From an archaeon (GTDB taxonomy: Archaea > Thermoproteota > Nitrososphaeria > Nitrososphaerales > Gagatemarchaeaceae), in contig JAKASK010000002.1 in NCBI GenBank assembly GCA_021819105.1, positions 86,992 through 118,991 of the forward strand: a stretch of DNA of 32,000 nucleotides, in the 5' to 3' direction. The notes under the pieces are model-generated. The model searched no databases and was not told the DNA's origin. It saw only the letters and a list, made by a program, of their open reading frames with translations. Positions 22,064-28,618 of the stretch are shown one piece after another; the stretch's first letter is position 1; every line of letters begins with the position of its first letter. The translations under genes were made by a program, and so were the position numbers.

Positions 22064-22930
22064 TCAGTGAAGGACCGCGGCCACCATGGCCACCAGGAAG
22101 ATAACGGCCAGGTACGGGCTCGAGAACTTGAACGCCAGCCATGCGTTTGCCTTGGTGGGGGACCTGAACAGCTTGATGTTCGTCGCCAGGAGGAGGAGGT
22201 CGAACACCAGCGCGACCCCGAGATACACGAAGAACCCGAGGCCAAGGAAGTAGTAGGCAAAGAGGAGGCTGACGGGTATGAGCATGAGGGTGTTGACCAC
22301 TATGTACCGCGACGCGGCCTGGGGGCCCACGATCGATGGGAGCATCGGTACGTTCACAGCCGAGTAGTCCTCCTCCGTTATCACCGCGAGCGACCAGAAG
22401 TGGCTCGGGGTCCAGACGAAGACGAGAGCCCCAAGCAGCCATCCCACCAGCGGGCTCTGGAAGGTCACCGCGTACCAGCCTGCAAGGGCAGCGCAGCTCC
22501 CCGCGAACCCCCCCAGCACGATGTTCCAGCTGGTCCTGGGCTTCAGAAAAAGGGTGTAAACCGGAACGTAAACGAACGCGCCCAGCCCTATGAAGAAGGT
22601 CGCGGCGAGGTCGAGGGTGAGCAACGCGACGGCAATCCCGGCAATGAGGAGACCGAACCCTAGGTAGAGGGCGTGGCCCGCAGGGACGATCTTGCCCGAG
22701 GGGAGGGGCCTCCCCATGGTCCTCTTCATCTTGGAGTCCATGCCGATTTCCAAGTAGCTGTTCAGCGCCAGGGCGCCGCTCGACGCCAGTGCCCCCCCTG
22801 CCAGGACCCCCAGAAGGGTAATGGGTGGGGGGATGCCTCTCGCCGCGACCACCGCCGAGCCCAGCGCGGCCATCAGTAGAAGCGGCGTTATCTTGGGTTT
22901 GGTCAGGGCGAGATAGTCAGAGAAACTCAA
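22064..22930 (-). CDS. ctaB: Protoheme IX farnesyltransferase (heme O synthase), UbiA family
   Basis: 288 aa with a TTG start. N-terminal YLALTKPKITPLL and a polytopic UbiA-type sequence with a Pro-containing loop RPLPSGK. Confidence 0.9.
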   Translation of the reverse strand: MSFSDYLALTKPKITPLLLMAALGSAVVAARGIPPPITLLGVLAGGALASSGALALNSYLEIGMDSKMKRTMGRPLPSGKIVPAGHALYLGFGLLIAGIAVALLTLDLAATFFIGLGAFVYVPVYTLFLKPRTSWNIVLGGFAGSCAALAGWYAVTFQSPLVGWLLGALVFVWTPSHFWSLAVITEEDYSAVNVPMLPSIVGPQAASRYIVVNTLMLIPVSLLFAYYFLGLGFFVYLGVALVFDLLLLATNIKLFRSPTKANAWLAFKFSSPYLAVIFLVAMVAAVLH

Positions 22931-22949
22931 TCAGCAAGGCTCCGTTTGG

Positions 22950-22963
22950 CCGAACGCCTTAGG
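22950..22963. promoter_or_regulatory. Palindromic operator-like site CCGAAC-GC-CTTAGG
   Basis: Lies in the divergent ctaB / CPTC-membrane-protein control region, 20 nt upstream of the ctaB TTG (22930) and downstream of the weak A/T element at 22971-22980. Confidence 0.45.
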
Positions 22964-23063
22964 GGCGTGTATTTTGGTCTTCCGTGCGTCGCAGGGTTTC
23001 AAGGTGACGCTTTTCTCGAGCCCCTGAAGAACGGATTTAAGCCTCCCTGAGCGCGAAAGTCTC

Positions 23064-23939
23064 GTGGAGCCTTCCCTCCCCCGTCCATCCCTCGCTCTGG
23101 GGGCGCTGGCCTTCGCCGGCGGGTGCGCTTGGGTGGTCGGAGACTCGCTGTACTGGTACTTCACCCAGCGCTATGTGTTCGGGCAGGGCGCAGCCGTCGC
23201 AGAGGTGACCGGGTTCTATGGGATCTTAGCGGCAGGCATCTGTCTGGCCGTGGTCGGAGCCTGGCTCCTCGGAAGGGGACTCGCCAGGCGCGGAGGAGGA
23301 CCGCCTCAGTCGGTGTGGACCGTTATTTCAGAGACCCTCGCATCAAGGACCGACGTAAGGATAGGGGTCGCTGGAGGGGCGCTCTACGGAGTCGCATACC
23401 TCTTCGTGTCCAGCATCGTCGTCTACCAGCCCACCGTCAACTTCCAGACGTTCTACGGCGCCACGGGGACGTCGGTGGCCGCGGCCACATGCTGCGGCTC
23501 CCCGGGGACGGTGCCAGAACTCATCGTATATCTCGCCCCCCAGTGGCACCTGGCGCTCCAGCTGCTCCCACTGGACGCCCTCTTCGCGGCTGTGATACCA
23601 ATACTCGTAGGCTTCAACGTCGCGGTGGCCGCCCATGCGCTACGGAATAGGTTGCTCAGGTCCAACGCAGGGTGGCTGGGGCCCGTCGGGATAACAGCCG
23701 GGCTCTTCACCGGGTGCCCGACCTGCGCCGGGCTCTTCCTTGCCGGCGCCCTTGGCGGCCTTGGCGCCACCACCCTCGCCGTCGCCCTTGCTCCCTACCA
23801 GCTGCTGTTCGTGGCGCTGAGCATCCCCGTCCTCATCGTCAGCCCTCTGGTGGTGGCGACCTACGCAGGGAAGGCGGCGCTCGCGGCGTGCCTGGTCCCA
23901 GCAAAGGCCCAGAGCCCCGTCGGGCCTGTAAATCCTTAA
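23064..23939 (+). CDS. Polytopic membrane protein with vicinal CC and membrane-embedded CPTC motif (uncharacterised; paralog of 70..1158)
   Basis: 291 aa with a GTG start and about 7 TM helices. Motifs AATCCGSPG and GLFTGCPTCAGLFLAGALGG are collinear with the C-terminal half of the 70..1158 protein. Confidence 0.7.
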   Translation: MEPSLPRPSLALGALAFAGGCAWVVGDSLYWYFTQRYVFGQGAAVAEVTGFYGILAAGICLAVVGAWLLGRGLARRGGGPPQSVWTVISETLASRTDVRIGVAGGALYGVAYLFVSSIVVYQPTVNFQTFYGATGTSVAAATCCGSPGTVPELIVYLAPQWHLALQLLPLDALFAAVIPILVGFNVAVAAHALRNRLLRSNAGWLGPVGITAGLFTGCPTCAGLFLAGALGGLGATTLAVALAPYQLLFVALSIPVLIVSPLVVATYAGKAALAACLVPAKAQSPVGPVNP

Positions 23940-23945
23940 GATATC
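23934..23945 (+). promoter_or_regulatory. TATA-like box for tRNA-Tyr
   Basis: CCTTAAGATATC, centred about 26 nt upstream of tRNA position 1 (23966). Confidence 0.5.
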
Positions 23946-23965
23946 TCGGCCGGTCGGGCGTCCGT

Positions 23966-24084
23966 CCCGCAGTAGCTCAGCCTGGTAGAGCTTCCGGCTG
24001 TAGAGGTCGGCTATTGGCTGACCCGTCCAGCCTACTCAGGCCACAGTCACCGGAGTGTCGTCGGCTCAAATCCGACCTGCGGGA
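23966..24084 (+). tRNA. tRNA-Tyr (anticodon GTA) with a 45-nt canonical intron; CCA not encoded
   Basis: Hand-folded cloverleaf. Acceptor CCCGCAG/CTGCGGG (C1-G72, the archaeal Tyr identity pair); D stem GCTC/GAGC; anticodon stem TCCGG/CCGGA; loop CT-GTA-G|intron|A; variable loop GTGTC; T arm GTCGG-CTCAAAT-CCGAC; discriminator A. Confidence 0.88.
24004..24048 (+). other. tRNA intron at canonical position 37/38 with bulge-helix-bulge motif
   Basis: CUGU (positions 32-35) pairs with intron ACAG. It is flanked by the 3-nt bulges AG|A and UC|A that carry the splice sites. The outer helix is GGUC/GGCC. Confidence 0.75.
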
Positions 24085-24191
24085 TTTACAAATAGACCAG
24101 GGGTGACCCTGTTCTTTGACTCCGGGCCGTTCCCTGCCTCTTTTCCATGGCCAGCCTGGAACCGCGCGTATATTTGCCCGGGGGCGACAAA

Positions 24192-25193
24192 TCAGACCTG
24201 GCAGGGCCCCGGATAGCTCACTCCCGTGGGGAAGACGTTCCCGGAGCTGTCGACCGTGAGCTGGATGGAAGGCAGGCTGGCGGATGCAGGGCCGCGCACG
24301 ACTCTGCCTGACGAGTCGAAGATCGAGCCGTGGCATGGGCAGAAGAACTCCTTCGCCGACGAGTCGTAGTAGCCGCTCATGTCGCAGCAGACGTGCGTGC
24401 AGTACATGCTCAGCGCGGTCAGGGTACCGTCGGAGTTCTTGATGAGCGCGTTAGGGTAGCCCGCGGGATACTCGAAGTAGACTGGGGTGCCCACCTTCAG
24501 GTCGTTGATGTTGGCCACAGACCCATGGACTGACCCGGTGGTCGTGGTCGGCCTGACAGAGCTAGTCGGCGCAGGGAGTTTCATCGAACCCACCAGCACC
24601 CCAACCCCCACCAGCCCTGCGAGTCCTGCCGCCGCCCTGATGAACCCCCTGCGGGTGTAGTCCAGCCTCTGGGACCTGCTCTTCCTGCGGGAGAGATATC
24701 GGGCGTGCGGCCTCCCCAGGACTCCGGCGGCCACGACCCCGGCCTGAAGGGCAAGCAGGAGGTCGAAGGCACCTAGGCCGAAGAGGTAGTGCGCGAAGTA
24801 GGGGATTGTCATGTTGTACTGCGGAGCGGTGAAGACGTCCCCCGCCTGGAGGACGAACCCGAGGACCCCAGCGGCGATGGAGGGGAGGTAGACCGACTTC
24901 GACGACGCCAGGCTGTAGACCCCGAGCACGAAGTCCATGACGGCGATGATTATCAGGCCGACCGCGTGGGAGACGGCGAGCAGCCAGAGGGACGCGTCGG
25001 TAGCCAGTAGGTAGACCCCTGCTGCGGAGGAAAGGAGGAGCATCGCGCCGGTCGCGAGCTGGATCCGCCGGAACCCCTTGACTGCGGCGTCCTTGGTCGA
25101 AGCCGCCTGGCCCTGAGAAGCAGCCCTGACGTCCGGGCATCCGAGGGCGTCCCGTCGAGCGCCCTGCTGGCTGCGGAGGTGGGCCCGCTGCAT
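24192..25193 (-). CDS. Rieske [2Fe-2S] protein fused to an N-terminal 4-TM domain
   Basis: 333 aa. The ATG lies about 27 nt downstream of the TATA-like CTTATTACAAATC. The C-terminal Rieske boxes are CTHVCC...CPCHGS. An internal twin-arginine signal-like segment YTRRGFIRAAAGLAGLVGVG is preceded by four hydrophobic helices. Confidence 0.85.
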   Translation of the reverse strand: MQRAHLRSQQGARRDALGCPDVRAASQGQAASTKDAAVKGFRRIQLATGAMLLLSSAAGVYLLATDASLWLLAVSHAVGLIIIAVMDFVLGVYSLASSKSVYLPSIAAGVLGFVLQAGDVFTAPQYNMTIPYFAHYLFGLGAFDLLLALQAGVVAAGVLGRPHARYLSRRKSRSQRLDYTRRGFIRAAAGLAGLVGVGVLVGSMKLPAPTSSVRPTTTTGSVHGSVANINDLKVGTPVYFEYPAGYPNALIKNSDGTLTALSMYCTHVCCDMSGYYDSSAKEFFCPCHGSIFDSSGRVVRGPASASLPSIQLTVDSSGNVFPTGVSYPGPCQV

Positions 25194-25213
25194 GAGTGGG
25201 GCACAGGGACCCT

Positions 25214-25226
25214 GATTTGTAATAAG
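25214..25226 (-). promoter_or_regulatory. TATA-like box for the Rieske fusion gene
   Basis: CTTATTACAAATC (minus strand), centred about 27 nt upstream of the ATG at 25193. Confidence 0.45.
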
Positions 25227-25254
25227 AGGTTGTGGTACAGTTGTCTAAGTGGCG

Positions 25255-25566
25255 CTAGTCCTTCATTACCAGCCCGAAGAAGAAAGAGAGCAACGCCGCC
25301 AGCTCGAGGACGGCGACCAAGACCTCGTCGGCGTCCAGCCCAGGGAAGAAGAGCACCTCGATGTTGCGGACGGCCACGCTCGCCGCGAACAGCCCGAAGG
25401 CTGAGGAGATGAGGAGGAGCCTCCGAAGCCGGGTCTTGCGGTAGGCGGTGAGGGAAAGAGCGAGCAGGACCACGGCGACCCCTGCGACGACCGCGTTGAG
25501 CAGCGCCGCGGTGCCCGCGTCCTCCCCGAGCCCAGCCAGCTGGAGGAACGAGAGGAGCTGGATCAT
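25255..25566 (-). CDS. Small 3-TM membrane protein co-transcribed with the wHTH regulator
   Basis: 103 aa. Its ATG overlaps the regulator stop (ATGA at 25563-25566). Three hydrophobic helices. Confidence 0.65.
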   Translation of the reverse strand: MIQLLSFLQLAGLGEDAGTAALLNAVVAGVAVVLLALSLTAYRKTRLRRLLLISSAFGLFAASVAVRNIEVLFFPGLDADEVLVAVLELAALLSFFFGLVMKD

Positions 25567-26156
25567 CTGCCGCCGTCGTTCCCTTCGCCGGAGAGGGCCA
25601 TCACGGCGTCGGCGAGCCTCGACGACCAGCGCTCCCAGACCCCGGGGTGGAAGCTCCTGATGAAGCTCGCGATCTCCGAGCCGTCGCCGGCCACCCTGTA
25701 GGACGAGAACCTCCCCGACTGCTGCCTCTCCACCAGCCCGAGCTGGACAAGCCGCTTAAGGTTCCAGGATACGCTTGGGGGCGATATGGCGAGCGCCCCT
25801 GCGAGGTGCTCCTGGCTCGAGCCAGGCTCCTCGATTAGGTGGAGGATGACCTCCCTGGGGGTCCTCTGGGCGAGGGCGCTGAGGATCACCCCCTCCCTTT
25901 CACCGAAGAGCCCCCCCGGGTAGAAACGCCTGTACAGACCTCTCCGCGAAGAGGTGACTGTCCCTTCCTTCTCCAGCCGGTCGACGTGGTACTGCACGTC
26001 CCCAATGCCCAGCCCCAGGTCCCTGCAGACCTTCCTCAGGTGCACCCCCGGGTGCGCCCTGATGTGGCCCAGGACCTTCTGCCTGTTGGTGGCCCCCTTA
26101 CCCCCTGGACCCCTGCCCGCTCCGGCGTCTCCCTCAATGAAACGCGTTGTAACCAT
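25563..26156 (-). CDS. Transcriptional regulator with two winged-helix (ArsR/MarR-like) domains
   Basis: 197 aa. First wHTH is VLGHIRAHPGVHLRKVCRDLGLGIGDVQYHVDRLEKEGTVTS. Second is VILHLIEEPGSSQEHLAGALAISPPSVSWNLKRLVQLGLVERQ. TATA-like CTTAATATCC lies about 24-30 nt upstream. Confidence 0.8.
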   Translation of the reverse strand: MVTTRFIEGDAGAGRGPGGKGATNRQKVLGHIRAHPGVHLRKVCRDLGLGIGDVQYHVDRLEKEGTVTSSRRGLYRRFYPGGLFGEREGVILSALAQRTPREVILHLIEEPGSSQEHLAGALAISPPSVSWNLKRLVQLGLVERQQSGRFSSYRVAGDGSEIASFIRSFHPGVWERWSSRLADAVMALSGEGNDGGR

Positions 26157-26248
26157 CCCCTCGGGAGCCGCGACTGGATATTAAGCTGCCGAGCGCCCGG
26201 AAGGCAGACTCCCGCGAGGGGTTCCGAAGTTCCAGCTTCCAAAGACAT

Positions 26249-26473
26249 ATGGAGGGGTCGGAGACGGCCTCCCGAACAGCGTTGAAGGTCTGGATACCCG
26301 TAGCGGTCGGCGGGATGATAGTTGTAGCCTATGCCTTCTTCTACTCCCTCAGTGCAGCCGAGTCTCAGGGAGCCACCCCCTTTGGGCTGGCGAACACAGT
26401 GGGCCTCGTTGGGGTTTTTGTGGCCCTGATCGCTGCTGGGTTCATACTCAGGCGGGCAACGCCGCACCAGTGA
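26249..26473 (+). CDS. Small two-TM membrane protein (74 aa)
   Basis: ATG ORF divergent from the regulator operon, with two hydrophobic helices. Confidence 0.5.
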   Translation: MEGSETASRTALKVWIPVAVGGMIVVAYAFFYSLSAAESQGATPFGLANTVGLVGVFVALIAAGFILRRATPHQ

Positions 26474-26526
26474 CAGCTGAAATCCAGAAACCTTAAGAAA
26501 CGTAAACGGCCCGTGGCCATCGAACC

Positions 26527-27018
26527 TTGGACAAAGAGTTCGTCGCCCTTTCTATCGTCTTCCTCATCCTGGGCGTCGTCGGCATCCTTCTCTTCAGCAG
26601 CATCATGCCTCCTTACTTTTCCCTGTCTCCTGTGATGACCCCTGCCGGGGACGGGTGCTATTGCCTGATTTCAAGCCCCGAGCCGGGCGCAGCGCAGAGC
26701 ACCTCGAGCATCCTGCTTGCGCTGGGGGTCATGTTCTTCCCCATGGGGTTGATGAAGGGCGGGCTTCCGTCGTTCAAGAGGGCGGCGCCCCCGGCTGGGC
26801 CAGCCAACCTCCCCGCTGCGAAGGTCCCTAGCCCTCTCCCGATCGGGAGCGGCAGCTACTTCGCCTTCGGGATAGTCCTCCTGCTAGTCGGCGTCGACGC
26901 GCTCCTCGTCCCGGGTTACCTGGTCTTCCAGAACGTCTACTACGTCATCGCGGGTATCCTGCTCACAGCCGCCGGAGCCATCTCGTCGTTCTGGGGCCTG
27001 CGCAGGCGAAATCAGTAG
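26527..27018 (+). CDS. Hypothetical 4-TM membrane protein
   Basis: 163 aa with a TTG start, hydrophobic helices and a Pro/Ala-rich loop. Confidence 0.55.
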   Translation: MDKEFVALSIVFLILGVVGILLFSSIMPPYFSLSPVMTPAGDGCYCLISSPEPGAAQSTSSILLALGVMFFPMGLMKGGLPSFKRAAPPAGPANLPAAKVPSPLPIGSGSYFAFGIVLLLVGVDALLVPGYLVFQNVYYVIAGILLTAAGAISSFWGLRRRNQ

Positions 27019-27072
27019 CGTCCCAGGGCCGAGGAACCGTTTTATCCCCCGTCGGGGCGGGCTGCGAAAGCG

Positions 27073-27669
27073 TTGAGTCCTGAAACCCGCAGGGGAAGGA
27101 AGACGAAGGGGGCCGAGCAGAAGGCAGAAGGCGCGTTGAAGGAAGCTGAAGTGGAGGTCGAGAAGGCCGCAAGAGCGGTCAAGCATGAAGTGAAGAGGGT
27201 GGAGAAGGCGGCGAAGGGGGCAAGGACCCCCAAGGTCGCACTTGCAAGGCCTACGGGCCGGGTTCCCGAGGCGACTGTGACAGCGAGGCATGAGACCGGG
27301 ACGATAACTCGGCCGGGGAGAGGGTTCTCCCTCGGTGAACTTTCGGGGGCGGGGATGGCCCCGAGGCTGGCGGCGAGGTGGGGGGTGAAGGTCGACCCGA
27401 AGCGGAGGAGCGTACTTCAGGGCAACGTCAGCTCGCTCAGCGGGTGGCGTTCGCACGCTTCGGCTGGCGCGGCCGTGAAGAAGGAAGCGAAGATGGCAGA
27501 AGTCAGGGTCGAAGAGGCGGCGAAGGGGGCCGAGGTGGCGGTCGAAGTCGTCGAGAGGGAAGCCGTGCAGGCGGAGAAGGCGGTCAAGAAGGAAGCCAAG
27601 AAGGCCGAGGCCGCCGTGAAGAGAAAGGTCGAGAAAAAGCCCCGGCCTAAGAAGAAAGAAAGCTCCTAG
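27073..27669 (+). CDS. rpl13e: Ribosomal protein L13e with Lys/Glu/Ala-rich N- and C-terminal extensions
   Basis: 198 aa with a TTG start. The core RPGRGFSLGELSGAGMAPRLAARWGVKVDPKRRS matches the L13e signature (GRGFS..EL...gi.vD.RR). It is flanked by repetitive (K/E)(K/E)AAKGA-type segments. Confidence 0.65.
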   Translation: MSPETRRGRKTKGAEQKAEGALKEAEVEVEKAARAVKHEVKRVEKAAKGARTPKVALARPTGRVPEATVTARHETGTITRPGRGFSLGELSGAGMAPRLAARWGVKVDPKRRSVLQGNVSSLSGWRSHASAGAAVKKEAKMAEVRVEEAAKGAEVAVEVVEREAVQAEKAVKKEAKKAEAAVKRKVEKKPRPKKKESS

Positions 27670-28613
27670 AAGCCGGCCCCGGGCTCTCGCGCTGCCATGA
27701 ACAGGTACTGCTGAGCGTATCCGGCGTTTCTCCCAAAGTGGCGCCTTACCGACCTGGAGACCGTCTCGTACTCTTTCGCCGACAGCCTGGCCCTGCCGTC
27801 CCTCCTTAGCCGGGCGCGGAGAGGCTTGCTCAGGAGCCGTGGGTACGAATCCGATATCACCCTCGTCATCCACACGTCGATGGGGAACGCCTCGTCCTTG
27901 CCGAAGGAGTAGAGCAGGGCGCAGTCCGCGACCTTGGGCCCCACCCCAACCAGGACCTTCTTTCCGAAGAGCTCGCTGAGGAGGAGCTTGCGAGACTCCT
28001 CGTATGGGAGCGATGCGACCTTCTCGAAGTCGACCTGTCCGTTATTCACCGCCGTGGCTGCGCTCTTGAGAAACGGAGCCCTGTAGCCGAGCCCGCCTGA
28101 CCTCAGGTCAGAGATGGTAGCCTCCGCGAGATCTCCTGGTGTGGGGAAGGCGTAGTAGGTCTCGCCCTCGAACTCGAAGGCCCTGCCGAACCTGGCGCTG
28201 ATTTCGGCGACCATCTTCTTGATCCGGGGGATGTTCGCGTTGGTCGCGAGTATGAAGGAAGCGAGGCACTCCCACCTGTCCTGCCTGACCAGGCGTAGCC
28301 CGTAGAACTTCTCGACTGCCTCTGTAATCGGCTTGTCCTTCGAGATGGAACCGAGGACGCTCTCGAGGTCCTCGTCCAGCCGGAAGTAGGAGGTGAAGAA
28401 CGCGCTGTCGAGCCTGTCCGAGCTGGTAACGCATCGCAGCATGTCCCCTCCCTGCCTCGCCTTGACGGCGCCCCCGGAGACGACTCCGAGCCACCATTCT
28501 CCCGTCCTCCTCCACCTGAAGACCTGCCCGCTGTCGAGGGTATGGTCGAGGCTGAAGGGCGAGACCAGCGGTATGGCGAACTCCACCCGACGTTCTGGTC
28601 TCCCGTGATACAA
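27666..28613 (-). CDS. ogg: 8-oxoguanine DNA glycosylase / AP lyase (OGG, HhH-GPD superfamily)
   Basis: 315 aa as tracked. OGG N-domain motif LDSGQVFRWRR and HhH-GPD motif GVGPKVADCALLYSFGKDEAFPIDVW. The true start is probably the internal GTG at 28586 (VEFAIPL...), because only 5 bp separate the tracked starts of this gene and its divergent neighbour. Confidence 0.85.
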   Translation of the reverse strand: MYHGRPERRVEFAIPLVSPFSLDHTLDSGQVFRWRRTGEWWLGVVSGGAVKARQGGDMLRCVTSSDRLDSAFFTSYFRLDEDLESVLGSISKDKPITEAVEKFYGLRLVRQDRWECLASFILATNANIPRIKKMVAEISARFGRAFEFEGETYYAFPTPGDLAEATISDLRSGGLGYRAPFLKSAATAVNNGQVDFEKVASLPYEESRKLLLSELFGKKVLVGVGPKVADCALLYSFGKDEAFPIDVWMTRVISDSYPRLLSKPLRARLRRDGRARLSAKEYETVSRSVRRHFGRNAGYAQQYLFMAAREPGAGF

Positions 28614-28618
28614 GACTC

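Noticed and set aside
23940-24191. tRNA locus examined as an integration hotspot (integrase, att direct repeat of the tRNA 3' end, second tRNA or ncRNA)
   Set aside because: There is no integrase or transposase ORF nearby, no second copy of the tRNA 3' segment in the window, and the flanking genes are ordinary respiratory genes.
27100-27660. Repetitive GAAG/GCGG-rich DNA, checked as a possible tandem repeat or CRISPR-like array
   Set aside because: The periodicity is irregular, there is no repeat-spacer structure, and the region is fully in frame with the L13e ORF (Lys/Glu/Ala-rich extensions).
26884-27873. 329-aa minus-strand ORF antisense to the L13e gene
   Set aside because: Arg/Pro/Leu-rich nonsense-like sequence. 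The plus strand carries a recognisable L13e signature.
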